Source: Ruminococcus sp. (GTDB lineage Bacteria > Bacillota > Clostridia > Oscillospirales > Ruminococcaceae). From it: a DNA stretch of 64,000 nucleotides. The position numbers and the translations under genes are program-made. The notes under the pieces were generated by a model, which worked only from the letters and a program-made list of their open reading frames with translations, had not been told where the DNA came from and did no database searches. The stretch spans positions 508 to 64,507 of the forward strand of contig JAUNOG010000007.1 in assembly GCA_030531185.1 (NCBI GenBank), in the 5' to 3' direction. This document shows positions 30,137-40,040 of this stretch, piece after piece; the stretch's first letter is position 1; the number at the start of each line of letters is the position of its first letter.

Positions 30137-30883
30137 ATGATAAGCATTAAATCCAATAAGGAAATCGAGAAAATGCGTAAGGCGGGCAAGATAACCGCCG
30201 GAGCATTGATCGCTGCGGGCGAGGCAATCAGACCGGGTATGACTACCCACGAGCTTGATAAGATCGTCCACAGATATATTACCTCGCATGGCGCTAAGCC
30301 GAGCTTTCTCGGCTACGGCGGATTTCCGGGCTCAGCCTGTATTTCCATAAATGACGAGGTTATCCACGGAATTCCCGGACCGAGAAAGATACTTGAAGGA
30401 GATATCGTGTCCGTTGACGTGGGAGCTTATATCGACGGCTACCATGGGGATTCCTGCAAGACCTTTGCTGTGGGTGAAGTTTCGCCCGAGGCTAAGGCAC
30501 TTATGAAGTCCACCGAAGAAAGTCTGTATCTTGCGATAGATATGGTCAAGCCCGGCGTAAGGCTGGGAGATCTCGGCGCGGCTATCGCTAAGTATAACGA
30601 GGACAACGGCTATTCCGTTGTGAGACAGTTTGTAGGTCACGGCGTGGGCAGAGAACTGCACGAGGATCCCGAGGTACCGAATTTCGGTAAGGCGGGTCAC
30701 GGCGTGAGACTTACCGCAGGTATGGTCATTGCTATAGAGCCTATGATAAATCAGGGCACTGCGGAGGTAAAGACTATGTCCGACCACTGGACTGTCAAAA
30801 CAAGGGACGGCAAGCTGTCGGCTCATTTTGAGCATACAATCGCTGTTACTCAGGACGGCTGTGTAATTCTGACAAAAGCCTGA
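30137..30883 (+). CDS. map: Methionine aminopeptidase type I
   Basis: IHGIPG, GHGVG, HEDP, IEPM, SAHFEHT. Confidence 0.98.
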   Translation: MISIKSNKEIEKMRKAGKITAGALIAAGEAIRPGMTTHELDKIVHRYITSHGAKPSFLGYGGFPGSACISINDEVIHGIPGPRKILEGDIVSVDVGAYIDGYHGDSCKTFAVGEVSPEAKALMKSTEESLYLAIDMVKPGVRLGDLGAAIAKYNEDNGYSVVRQFVGHGVGRELHEDPEVPNFGKAGHGVRLTAGMVIAIEPMINQGTAEVKTMSDHWTVKTRDGKLSAHFEHTIAVTQDGCVILTKA

Positions 30884-30897
30884 CGGAGGACAGTGTT

Positions 30898-31164
30898 GTG
30901 AATATAGCTATCGGTTCGCTGGTGACGGCGACCGCAGGGCGTGACAAAGGCTCTCTATTGGTTGCTGTGAGAGTTCACGACGGCTTTGTGTATATCGCGG
31001 ACGGCAGAAAGCGCAAGCTTGAAAGTCCCAAGCGAAAGAACATAAAGCACATTTCACCTGCGGGAGCGGTGATCGATACCGACGGACTGACAAACAAAAA
31101 GTTAAGACGGCTGATAAATGAGTACCTGACCCATACTGATTTGCAGCAGACCCAAAGCCTTTAA
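30898..31164 (+). CDS. KOW-domain RNA-binding protein (L14e-like)
   Basis: AGRDKG, ADGRKRK..PKRKN; usual position between map and infA. Confidence 0.9.
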   Translation: MNIAIGSLVTATAGRDKGSLLVAVRVHDGFVYIADGRKRKLESPKRKNIKHISPAGAVIDTDGLTNKKLRRLINEYLTHTDLQQTQSL

Positions 31165-31182
31165 TAATGGGGAGGTTTTTTA

Positions 31183-31401
31183 ATGTCAAAGGAAGATGTA
31201 CTTGAAGTTGAGGGTACAGTTGTGGAGGCTCTGCCGAACGCAACATTCAAAGTTGAACTGACAAACGGTCATAAAATTCTTGCTCATATTTCGGGTAAGC
31301 TTCGTATGAATTACATTCGTATCGTGCCCGGAGATAAGGTAACGGTCGAAATGTCACCTTATGACTTGACAAAGGGAAGAATAACCTGGAGAGCAAAGTA
31401 A
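31183..31401 (+). CDS. infA: Translation initiation factor IF-1
   Basis: [26 protein letters not shown]. Confidence 0.98.
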   Translation: MSKEDVLEVEGTVVEALPNATFKVELTNGHKILAHISGKLRMNYIRIVPGDKVTVEMSPYDLTKGRITWRAK

Positions 31402-31481
31402 AAAGCTTTTGCTCGGTAAGAAGTTGAAGGACCAAGCGGTCATATGACCGAGGTTCTTGTGTAATTAAAGGAGGTATTTCA

Positions 31482-31595
31482 ATGAAAGTAAGACCTTCAG
31501 TTAAGCCTATCTGCGAAAAGTGCAAGGTTATCAAGAGAAAGGGCAAGATCATGGTGATCTGCCAGAACCCTAAGCACAAGCAGCGTCAGGGTTAA
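31482..31595 (+). CDS. rpmJ: 50S ribosomal protein L36 (absent from the ORF track)
   Basis: [37 protein letters not shown]. Confidence 0.97.
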   Translation: MKVRPSVKPICEKCKVIKRKGKIMVICQNPKHKQRQG

Positions 31596-31624
31596 CAAAC
31601 CAATAATGGAGGTGCAGCTAAATA

Positions 31625-31993
31625 ATGGCTCGTATTGCTGGTATAGACCTGCCTAGAGATAAGAGAATTGAGATCGCTCTCACCTATATCTACGGCATCG
31701 GTCAGAAGACTGCTACTAAGATACTTGAAGAGACAGGCGTTAATCCTGATACAAGAGTTAAGGATATGTCTGAGGACGACGTAGCAAAGCTTCGTGAATA
31801 TATTGATCATAATTTGACTGTTGAGGGCGACCTCAGAAGAACAGTTGCTCTTAACATTAAGAGATTAACAGAGATCGGTTGTTATCGCGGTCTCCGTCAC
31901 AGAAAGGGACTTCCCGTTCGCGGACAGAGAACCAAGACAAATGCAAGAACCCGCAAGGGTCCTGTAAAGACAATCGCTAATAAGAAGAAGTAA
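31625..31993 (+). CDS. rpsM: 30S ribosomal protein S13
   Basis: [24 protein letters not shown]. Confidence 0.98.
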   Translation: MARIAGIDLPRDKRIEIALTYIYGIGQKTATKILEETGVNPDTRVKDMSEDDVAKLREYIDHNLTVEGDLRRTVALNIKRLTEIGCYRGLRHRKGLPVRGQRTKTNARTRKGPVKTIANKKK

Positions 31994-32007
31994 GGAGGGT
32001 GTGAACA

Positions 32008-32406
32008 ATGGCTCAGGCAAAAAAGAAGACTACTATCCGTCGTCGCCGCGAAAGAAAAAACGTTGAACAGGGACAGGTTCATATCCAGTCTACATTCAAT
32101 AACACTATCGTTACCATTACAGATATGCAGGGTAATGCGATTTCATGGGCTTCCGCAGGCGGACTTGGCTTCAGAGGATCCAAGAAATCTACTCCGTTCG
32201 CTGCGCAGACCGCTGCCGAGACTGCCGCAAGAGCAGCTAAGGAGCACGGTCTCAAGACAGTTGAAGTATTTGTAAAGGGACCCGGCGCAGGACGTGAGGC
32301 TGCTATCAGAGCGCTTCAGTCTGAGGAGCTGGAGGTAAGACTTATCAAGGACGTTACCCCTATTCCTCACAACGGATGCCGTCCTCCTAAGAGAAGACGC
32401 GTATAA
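32008..32406 (+). CDS. rpsK: 30S ribosomal protein S11
   Basis: [20 protein letters not shown]. Confidence 0.98.
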   Translation: MAQAKKKTTIRRRRERKNVEQGQVHIQSTFNNTIVTITDMQGNAISWASAGGLGFRGSKKSTPFAAQTAAETAARAAKEHGLKTVEVFVKGPGAGREAAIRALQSEELEVRLIKDVTPIPHNGCRPPKRRRV

Positions 32407-32503
32407 TCATAAGACAATTTGAGTTTGCAGCTTAACTCAAAGTCGGGTAAGTCCGAAAGCGGCTAAGACCCGATACTAAATTAGAAAACGGAGGTCATTT
32501 AAA

Positions 32504-33100
32504 ATGGCAGTAAACAGAGAACCAATACTCAAGAGATGCAAGTATCTCGGAATAAGCCCTATGGTTATGGGTATCGCTAAGGAAACAAAGCGCGATCCCA
32601 ATGCTAACAAGAGAAAGAAGGTTTCCGAATACGGACTTCAGCTCAAGGAAAAGCAGAAGCTGAGATTTATCTACGGCGTTCTGGAAAAGCAGTTCCACCA
32701 CTATTTTGAGATCGCTCAGAAAATGGAAGGTCAGGCAGGTACGAACCTCCTTACTATTCTTGAGTCAAGACTTGACAACGTTGTATTCAGAATGGGTATG
32801 TCAATGACAAGACGCGAGGCAAGACAGCTCGTAGTTCACGGTCACTTCCTTGTAAACGGCAAGAGAGTTGATATTCCTTCCTACAGAATTAAGGTAGGCG
32901 ACGTTATTTCTCTTAAGGAAAACAGCAAGAAGAGTGCAAAGTTCAAGCAGATCATCGAGACAACAGCAGGCAGAACAACTCCTACTTGGCTTGATGTAAA
33001 TAAGGACAACCAGACAGCTAAGGTTGTTCGTATGCCGGTTAAGGAAGACCTTGATTACGAGATCGAGGAGCACCTTATCGTCGAGTTGTATTCTAAATAA
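32504..33100 (+). CDS. rpsD: 30S ribosomal protein S4
   Basis: SEYGLQLKEKQK, LESRLDNVV, IVELYSK. Confidence 0.98.
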   Translation: MAVNREPILKRCKYLGISPMVMGIAKETKRDPNANKRKKVSEYGLQLKEKQKLRFIYGVLEKQFHHYFEIAQKMEGQAGTNLLTILESRLDNVVFRMGMSMTRREARQLVVHGHFLVNGKRVDIPSYRIKVGDVISLKENSKKSAKFKQIIETTAGRTTPTWLDVNKDNQTAKVVRMPVKEDLDYEIEEHLIVELYSK

Positions 33101-33227
33101 CGTATTGACAGCAGTTCTCATTGGCTGTGCCGATTTTTGGTACAGCCACGGGAAATACTTGATATGTTTTATCGGAACAACACAAAACGTAAAAAAACAA
33201 TCGAGTTTGAAAACAGGAGGGTTTTAA

Positions 33228-34187
33228 ATGCTTGAAAAGATAGAAAAGCCTAAGATCGAAACGCCTGAGCTTAAGAGCAACGGAACATACGGCAAGTTTA
33301 TTCTGGAGCCTCTGGAGCGTGGCTATGGTATTACTCTCGGCAACAGCCTGAGACGTGTACTGCTCTCCTCTTTGCCGGGTGTTGCTGTTACATCTGTTAA
33401 GATTGACGGCGTACACCATGAACTATCAACAATCCCGGGAGTTAAGGAAGACGTTACTGAGATCATTCTTAACCTGAAGGGTTTAACTGCAAAGCTTTAC
33501 GGTGAGGGACCCAAGACGATCTACATTGAGGCTGAGGGCGAATGCGTTGTTACCGCAGGCGACATCAAGACCGATTCCGAAGTAGATATTCTTGTTCCCG
33601 ATATGCATATTGCAACTTTAGGCGCAGGCGCCAAGCTCTATATGGAAATCACCATTGACAGAGGACGCGGTTATGTTTCCGCTGAAAAGAACAAGGCGTA
33701 TATGCAGAATGCACCAATCGGCGTTATTGCCGTAGACAGTATTTATTCGCCGGTACTCAAGGTAAACTACACGGTCGATAACACTCGTGTAGGACAGATT
33801 ACCGACTTTGATAAGCTCACATTGGAGGTTTGGACAGACGGAACGATCTCCGCTAAAGAGGCTGTATCAATGGCAGCCAAACTCCTCAACGAGCATCTTA
33901 ATCCTTTCGTCGATTTGTCCGAGGAGACAAACGTCGTAGAGATTATGGTCGAAAAAGACGACCAGGGTAAAGAGAAGATCCTTGAGATGACCATTGAGGA
34001 ACTTGACTTATCCGTGCGTTCATTTAACTGTCTCAAGCGTGCAGGAATAAACACAGTCAACGATTTGATTGAAAAGTCAGCAGAAGAAATGATGAAGGTC
34101 CGTAACCTCGGTAAGAAGTCATTCGACGAGGTCAAGGAAAAGCTTCATTCGTTGGGCTATGAGCTCAGTTCTGAGGACGATAATTAA
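33228..34187 (+). CDS. rpoA: RNA polymerase alpha subunit
   Basis: [36 protein letters not shown]. Confidence 0.98.
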   Translation: MLEKIEKPKIETPELKSNGTYGKFILEPLERGYGITLGNSLRRVLLSSLPGVAVTSVKIDGVHHELSTIPGVKEDVTEIILNLKGLTAKLYGEGPKTIYIEAEGECVVTAGDIKTDSEVDILVPDMHIATLGAGAKLYMEITIDRGRGYVSAEKNKAYMQNAPIGVIAVDSIYSPVLKVNYTVDNTRVGQITDFDKLTLEVWTDGTISAKEAVSMAAKLLNEHLNPFVDLSEETNVVEIMVEKDDQGKEKILEMTIEELDLSVRSFNCLKRAGINTVNDLIEKSAEEMMKVRNLGKKSFDEVKEKLHSLGYELSSEDDN

Positions 34188-34205
34188 AGTAAGGAGTGAA
34201 AATCT

Positions 34206-34547
34206 ATGCCAGGCACAAGAAAGCTGGGAAGAACCAGTGACCAGAGAAAGGCTATGCTCAGAGCAATGGTTACTTATCTTCTCGAAAACGGTAAGATTGA
34301 AACAACTGTAACAAGAGCTAAGGAAGTAGCTGCTATGACCGAAAAGATGATTACTTTAGGCAAGGCAGGCGACCTCCATTCAAAGCGTCAGGTACTCGCT
34401 TATGTAACTAAGGAGTCCGTTGCTAAGAAGCTTTTCGACGATATTGCTCCGTCTTATGAGGGTCGTAACGGCGGTTACACCAAGATCATCAAGATTGGAC
34501 CACGTCGCGGCGACGCTGCTGAAATGGCTATCATTCAGTTGGTTTAA
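34206..34547 (+). CDS. rplQ: 50S ribosomal protein L17
   Basis: [21 protein letters not shown]. Confidence 0.98.
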   Translation: MPGTRKLGRTSDQRKAMLRAMVTYLLENGKIETTVTRAKEVAAMTEKMITLGKAGDLHSKRQVLAYVTKESVAKKLFDDIAPSYEGRNGGYTKIIKIGPRRGDAAEMAIIQLV

Positions 34548-34558
34548 TATGATATTTC

Positions 34559-34588
34559 AAGGCAGACCTTTCGGGGTCTGCCTTTTTT
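34559..34588 (+). terminator. Terminator of the ribosomal superoperon
   Basis: AAGGCAGACC-TTTCGG-GGTCTGCCTT followed by a T run. Confidence 0.9.
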
Positions 34589-34716
34589 ATGTTACAGGCT
34601 GCGGGAAATTTTCGTAAATTACGAAAATTTCAATGTCTTTCGCTTTTCCTCTTGACTAATTAACAGAAGTGTTGTATAATTATTAATAAAGTAAGATTAT
34701 GTTAGGCGGAGTTATA

Positions 34717-35124
34717 ATGACTAAAAAAGTGACTGCCGGTTGCGTCGGCGTTTCGATTATCTGCGCCGTTGTGTTTTTTATTACATATTATTGCGGGATT
34801 TTTTATAACCTGTGGCTCTGCTTTGCTGTCGGTTTAAGCATTAACACTCTGCTGTTTATCAGTAAGGAATTCAACAGGTGGGGCATCAAGCTCGGCGTCT
34901 ATTCGATCGTTGTGCTCCTGCTTGTGGGGATCTTTCAGGCGTACAAGCTAAACGAATTTCTTGCCGCGATTGTAGGCTACGACGTGGAGGGCACTACGTG
35001 GGGAGAACTGCTTATGATCTCCAACGGACTTTGGTTCGGGCTTGTTCTGGGCTCCGCTCTTGTTTCTCTGGGGGTGACCGCTGTTATCGTTTATTTCAAT
35101 GAGCGGAACTCATCTGAAAAATAG
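34717..35124 (+). CDS. Small multi-TM hypothetical membrane protein
   Basis: About four hydrophobic segments; GGAG RBS; upstream TTGACT...TATAAT. Confidence 0.75.
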   Translation: MTKKVTAGCVGVSIICAVVFFITYYCGIFYNLWLCFAVGLSINTLLFISKEFNRWGIKLGVYSIVVLLLVGIFQAYKLNEFLAAIVGYDVEGTTWGELLMISNGLWFGLVLGSALVSLGVTAVIVYFNERNSSEK

Positions 35125-35171
35125 CGGCTTTGGATATAAATATTTTTGAAAAAAATTTGCGGATACGCAGA

Positions 35172-35185
35172 TGTAACCGATTTCA
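35172..35185. promoter_or_regulatory. LacI/CcpA-type (cre-like) operator
   Basis: TGTAACCGATTTCA fits TGWAANCGNTNWCA; lies just upstream of the TTGCAA -35 at 35201. Confidence 0.5.
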
Positions 35186-35284
35186 ATCTGCCGTTGGCTA
35201 TTGCAAATTTTTTGGAATTGTTGTATAATAGTTTAGTAAAACAGACTTTGAAAATATAAATTATCTGAGAAAGGAAAAATCACT

Positions 35285-36622
35285 ATGAAAAAATTACTGG
35301 CTATGACATTGTCGATTTGTATGGCAGGTCTTGTTTTCGTCGGCTGCGGCGATGATACTTCTTCAAGCAAGGCTGATGAAGCGGCGTCCTCTGCAAACAG
35401 CGCTGCTGAGGTCACCGAAAGCTCCTCTGAGAACGGCGGGGAGGATACTCCTGCCGATGACAGCGTTTCCGCACAGCTTTTGGCTAAGTATCCCGTAAAT
35501 GACGGCGCATATGACGTTTCACAGGGTGCGACGGAAAATATGCTCGCAAGAGCGATACTCAACGAGGGCGACACCTCCCGTCTTGCGGAGAAGATCGACT
35601 ACGCCGTTAACAATCCGAAGGAAACTACCAAGATATGCTTTATCGGCGACTCCATTACGGCAGGTTCGGGCGCAAACTCCTCTACAAATCAGTATGTAAA
35701 TCAGGTCAAGACCTGGTGGGAGGAAAACATCAGCTATTATGTTGACGTAACAAACGCAGGTATCGGTGCGACCGATTCCTACTGCGGAGTACACAGAGCG
35801 CAGCAGGACTGCGTATCGCTGGGCGCTGATATTATCGTTATTGAGTTCATCAACGACGCTAACGACGACTTCTATGCTTCGTGTATGGACAGCCTTGTAA
35901 GAATGTGTCTCGCACAGGAGAACAACCCTGCGGTTATTATTCTCGAGCCAAGCTGTGAGGACGGTTCGTCTCCTCAGGACGCGCATCTCAGGGTCGCACA
36001 GGGTTACAACATTCCTATGATCTCGTATCACGACGCTGTAATTCCCGAGATTGAGGCAGGAAACTTCACTTGGGCTGATGTTTCGCCCGATACGGTTCAC
36101 CCCAACGATAACGGTCACATCATTATGGCTCAGTGTATCACAAATATGTGGGCAAATATCAAGGACAACCTTGACAGCGTAGAAAAGGTTTCGACAGCGT
36201 TTGACCCCGCAACTGAGGCTCCTGCGGGAAATCCGTTTGAGAATGCTTCAATGGGTTCGAGAAATACTGAGGATACGGTCAAGACCGTGGACGAGGGTAC
36301 TTTCACAGAGGTTTCGGAGTTCCAGAAGTTTACGGGCGGCTGGGGTACGACAACAGGCGGCAGCGCAACCTTTGAGATAACAGCTAAGAATATCGGTATG
36401 CTCTATATGAAAACAGTTTCGGGTAAGAACGGAACGATTTCCGTAAAGGTAGACGATAACGACGCGGTGCTTATTGATGGTAACTTCCCCGGCGGCTGGG
36501 GCGACTATGCTAAGGCGGACTCTATATACAGCTCCGATGAGGTTGCAACGCATACGGTAACGGTAGAGGTTATCGAGGGCGACGCTCAGGAGTTCCAGAT
36601 ACTCAACTGGCTGGTAAGCTAA
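35285..36622 (+). CDS. SGNH/GDSL hydrolase lipoprotein
   Basis: Lipobox FVGC; GDSIT, NAGIGAT, EFIND, DTVHPN. Confidence 0.9.
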   Translation: MKKLLAMTLSICMAGLVFVGCGDDTSSSKADEAASSANSAAEVTESSSENGGEDTPADDSVSAQLLAKYPVNDGAYDVSQGATENMLARAILNEGDTSRLAEKIDYAVNNPKETTKICFIGDSITAGSGANSSTNQYVNQVKTWWEENISYYVDVTNAGIGATDSYCGVHRAQQDCVSLGADIIVIEFINDANDDFYASCMDSLVRMCLAQENNPAVIILEPSCEDGSSPQDAHLRVAQGYNIPMISYHDAVIPEIEAGNFTWADVSPDTVHPNDNGHIIMAQCITNMWANIKDNLDSVEKVSTAFDPATEAPAGNPFENASMGSRNTEDTVKTVDEGTFTEVSEFQKFTGGWGTTTGGSATFEITAKNIGMLYMKTVSGKNGTISVKVDDNDAVLIDGNFPGGWGDYAKADSIYSSDEVATHTVTVEVIEGDAQEFQILNWLVS

Positions 36623-36662
36623 CTTAAAGGAAACTCCGCATAAAAAGTACGGAATATATGAT

Positions 36663-36706
36663 AATACCCACAGGGAAGATATTCTTCCTTGTGGGTATTT
36701 TATTTT
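36663..36706. terminator. Bidirectional terminator
   Basis: AATACCCACAGGGAAGA / TCTTCCTTGTGGGTATT. Confidence 0.85.
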
Positions 36707-36744
36707 TGGGGTTAATTAAACAGGAATTTCACAAAACTCGAAAG

Positions 36745-37599
36745 TTAAGTATTATATTTTAGTAAATTGCCTTCTACCTGTTTCATATAATTCTCTATGC
36801 CTCTTTCTTCCAATTCATCATATGTAAATTCCAATTTTGCGGCAACAGTTCTTGCAATGTCTCCAAACAAGTAAAGCGTATCAAATGCTGCTTTCCACAT
36901 ATTGCCGTAATCTGCATTGGAATATGTGCTTTTAAACCTCTCATATATATTTTCAGGTAAATACTTTTTGAAATACTTACCGCACTTACCTGAAGAAACC
37001 TTGAAATCATAATTTACGCCTATATACCATTCCAGCATAAGAATAAGCATATCTCTTACATAATGGTTATGCATTTCCATTGCATACGATAGTTCGTCTC
37101 GGGCTATTCCCTTTGCCACATTATTCAGACCCCAGTGAAATTCGTTGCAGCAATCTGCAAATATTTTTGGAGTTGGTCTTTTTGTGTACCAATAATCTTC
37201 GGCAATTTGTATATTGGGAAATGTTCCGTCCTTATCAAGCAACAGCCGCATTGGCTCGCCGTCATCTCTATATTTCCCAGAAGTGACATTCAGATCAATT
37301 CTGTTTCCGTCCGGAAATATCATCAGATAAAAGTAATTGCCGTCATTATCAGGAGGTATTAATTCCATACTTTCAGGTTTATGTATCAATGACGGCATTC
37401 CAAACTTATCTTTAATCCATTCCATATTATCCCAAAACGGCGTAACGTCATTCACAAAGAAAGCAATGTCAAAGTCTTGGTACACATCGGCAGGGCAATC
37501 CTTATTTGCTCTGGAACCTCCCATAGTTACTGCACGAATTCGTTCATCTTCTTTTGCTATGCTTAATACTAAATCTATAATTTCTTTCGGCGTTCGCAT
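36745..37599 (-). CDS. Aminoglycoside 6-adenylyltransferase family protein (ANT(6)/AadK-like)
   Basis: GSRAN, DVYQDFDI, DGNRIDL, LLDKDG, CCNEFHW, VAKGIAR, GKCGKYF; AT-rich; start after GAGG. Confidence 0.88.
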   Translation of the reverse strand: MRTPKEIIDLVLSIAKEDERIRAVTMGGSRANKDCPADVYQDFDIAFFVNDVTPFWDNMEWIKDKFGMPSLIHKPESMELIPPDNDGNYFYLMIFPDGNRIDLNVTSGKYRDDGEPMRLLLDKDGTFPNIQIAEDYWYTKRPTPKIFADCCNEFHWGLNNVAKGIARDELSYAMEMHNHYVRDMLILMLEWYIGVNYDFKVSSGKCGKYFKKYLPENIYERFKSTYSNADYGNMWKAAFDTLYLFGDIARTVAAKLEFTYDELEERGIENYMKQVEGNLLKYNT

Positions 37600-37672
37600 A
37601 TTACTTACCTCCTCTATTTCAGCCTTATAATTGGAATACAAGAAAAGTCTTGTAGTACTATTACCTTGTCAC

Positions 37673-38122
37673 TCATTCAAAAAACGCGTTTTCGTCCTCT
37701 TCTCTTACGATAAGCTCGGGAGTGATTATGTAGCAAGGCTCGCCGTTAAGCAGGAATTCTCCGCTGATGAACCTTGCGTTCGCCTGAGAATTAATGTCGG
37801 GAGGCGGCTGTATTTCCTCGCTTGCTATCTCACGGAAGCCCGATATACTGTCGCACAGAATTCCGATATTTTTTTCGCCTGTGCAGATAATTATGCAGTC
37901 TCTGTCGGAAAGCTCCTTTGCCTCGTAGCCGAAGCGTTTGCGGAGATTTATAACAGTAACTATCCTGCCGTCGCTTACCACCGTTCCCTCGGCATAGTCG
38001 GGGAAATCGGGTATCTTCTTGGGCTGTACGGCGGCGATAATAAGTTTTACGTCGGAAAAGCACATAGCGAATGACTTTCCGTCGGCATAGAATATAAGAT
38101 ATTTGTTATCGCTTTCGCTCAT
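37673..38122 (-). CDS. cheW: Chemotaxis coupling protein CheW
   Basis: YLIF, IPDFPDYAEG, VINLRKRFG, GILCDSI. Confidence 0.85.
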   Translation of the reverse strand: MSESDNKYLIFYADGKSFAMCFSDVKLIIAAVQPKKIPDFPDYAEGTVVSDGRIVTVINLRKRFGYEAKELSDRDCIIICTGEKNIGILCDSISGFREIASEEIQPPPDINSQANARFISGEFLLNGEPCYIITPELIVREEDENAFFE

Positions 38123-38142
38123 ATTTTGACCTCCTGGAATTA

Positions 38143-39147
38143 TTATGTGCCGGCAATCTGCGGAGCGTTAGTCCGGGGCAATAATGCGTTTATATGTCCT
38201 GCAATTTTTTCAAGCGGAAGCTTTACGTCCGCCGCGCCCAGCTCGTATGCCGCTTTGGGCATTCCGTATACTACCGAGCTTTTTTCGTCCTGAGCGATAT
38301 TGTATGCGCCCATTTTTTTCATATTAAGCATTCCCTTTGCCCCGTCGGAGCCCATTCCTGTGAGTATCACTCCGATAGCGTTGTTCCTTGCCGCGTAAGC
38401 CGCCGAGTCGAACAGGACGTTTACCGACGGACAGTGCCCCATTACCTTTACCCCCGCCTCGCTGGTGATAAAGTAGCCTTTCCTGTCTTTGAATACTCTC
38501 AGGTGCTTTGAGCCTGCGGCTATGACGACCTGTCCCTGACGGACATACATTCCGCTCTGAGCCTCGCAGACCTCCAGCGGGAGCTGAGAGTTAAGCTGTT
38601 CGGCATATATTTTTGTGTACCCCTCGGGCATATGCAGTACGCATACCACAGGCGGACAATCGGTTTTCAAGTCCTGTAAAATCACAGGCAGAGCGTTGGT
38701 ACTGCCCGTTGAGCCGCCGATCGCTATAAGCTTGCTGCTTGCGGTGAACGACCTTATTTTGTTGTCCTTGACAGCCTTGCTTATGGACGCTATACTTCCT
38801 GTGAGACGGTTTCTGAAACGCTCCATACCGTCGTCCCCCGAGTGGAGCGTGATAACGTCCATAGCACCTGCGCTGATCATAGTGTACTTCATATTCTGCT
38901 GAGCGGTACAGACTATTATGGGTACTGAGTACTTTGGAGCAAGTCTGACTATATAGTCCGCCATATCGGGATACCCGTCTGTATCAATGTCAAGCAGAAC
39001 AAGCCGGGGTCTGAATGTAAGAAATTCATGTCTGCCGTCGGCTGTGGACACAATAGTTATTTCAGGACACGGCGTAAAGATTCCTCTTATGATACTCAGA
39101 AGCTGTCCTGCGAATTTTCTGTTGTCGGAGATAATCAAAGTTTTCAT
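38143..39147 (-). CDS. cheB: Chemotaxis methylesterase CheB with atypical receiver domain
   Basis: STG, HMP, PSVNVLF, LTGMGSDGA, VVYGMP. Confidence 0.93.
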   Translation of the reverse strand: MKTLIISDNRKFAGQLLSIIRGIFTPCPEITIVSTADGRHEFLTFRPRLVLLDIDTDGYPDMADYIVRLAPKYSVPIIVCTAQQNMKYTMISAGAMDVITLHSGDDGMERFRNRLTGSIASISKAVKDNKIRSFTASSKLIAIGGSTGSTNALPVILQDLKTDCPPVVCVLHMPEGYTKIYAEQLNSQLPLEVCEAQSGMYVRQGQVVIAAGSKHLRVFKDRKGYFITSEAGVKVMGHCPSVNVLFDSAAYAARNNAIGVILTGMGSDGAKGMLNMKKMGAYNIAQDEKSSVVYGMPKAAYELGAADVKLPLEKIAGHINALLPRTNAPQIAGT

Positions 39148-39965
39148 CTGCCGCTCACCTCCGCTTTACGGTATATTGCCGCCCTCTCCTTTTCGTAGGG
39201 CATTTTATCGGGAGCGGTCTCGGCGTGTCCGATATACAGATAACCTCCGTCCTCCGTAGCGTCGAAGAAACGCTTGCAAAGATCGGTTTTTGTGCTGTCG
39301 TCAAAGTAGATCATTACGTTGCGGCAGAGAATAAGATCGAATTTCTTTTTGAAGTTTATCGGCTCCATAAGATTGTGATACTTGAAAATCACGTTGCTGC
39401 GTATCTTCTCGTTGACCTGATATAGTCCGTTATTCATTCTGATGAAATATTTGCCAACCCAGCTGTCGGGAACGTTTGCTAAAGCCTGTTCGGTAAAAAC
39501 TCCCCTTGCGGCGGCGCGCAGAGCGTTAAAGGAAATGTCGGTCGCTAAGATCTTGCAGTCCCACTCTTTTTGACGGAATCCGAAGTATTCGTCAATGCAC
39601 ATAGCAAGATTATAAGGCTCGTTGCCGAAGGAACAGCCCGCAGACCATATCCGCAGGTCCTTATCGGCAATACGCTTTTCAGCCGCAGGAAGAAATACGT
39701 CCATAAAATGCTCAAAATGTTCAGGCTCTCTCATAAAATATGTGTGGTTGGTGGTGAGCCTGTTGATAAGGTTAGCAAGCTCTCTGCCCGATGTATCGCA
39801 GAAAACTACGGAAAGGTAATCGGAAAAGTCCCTGAAACCGCAGTCGAGAATATAGTTATTAAGTCTTGCCTGAACAAGAAATTTTTTTCCTGCAAGGTCG
39901 ATACCGAATTTGGATTTTATAAAAGATACAAGCTGTTTAAAATCTCTGTCGGAAATTTCCTGCAT
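39144..39965 (-). CDS. cheR: Chemotaxis methyltransferase CheR
   Basis: TTNHTYFMRE, RIWSAGCS, ATDIS, CRNVMIYF, GHAE. Confidence 0.95.
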   Translation of the reverse strand: MQEISDRDFKQLVSFIKSKFGIDLAGKKFLVQARLNNYILDCGFRDFSDYLSVVFCDTSGRELANLINRLTTNHTYFMREPEHFEHFMDVFLPAAEKRIADKDLRIWSAGCSFGNEPYNLAMCIDEYFGFRQKEWDCKILATDISFNALRAAARGVFTEQALANVPDSWVGKYFIRMNNGLYQVNEKIRSNVIFKYHNLMEPINFKKKFDLILCRNVMIYFDDSTKTDLCKRFFDATEDGGYLYIGHAETAPDKMPYEKERAAIYRKAEVSGR

Positions 39966-40006
39966 TGTTATCTCCCCTTAAATAATAGTAAAAAATAGCT
40001 AACATT

Positions 40007-40035
40007 ATTATATACCTAAAGGCGGGTAATGTCAA
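40007..40035 (-). promoter_or_regulatory. Consensus sigma-A promoter of cheR-cheB-cheW
   Basis: Minus strand TTGACA-17-TATAAT. Confidence 0.75.
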
Positions 40036-40040
40036 CATCC

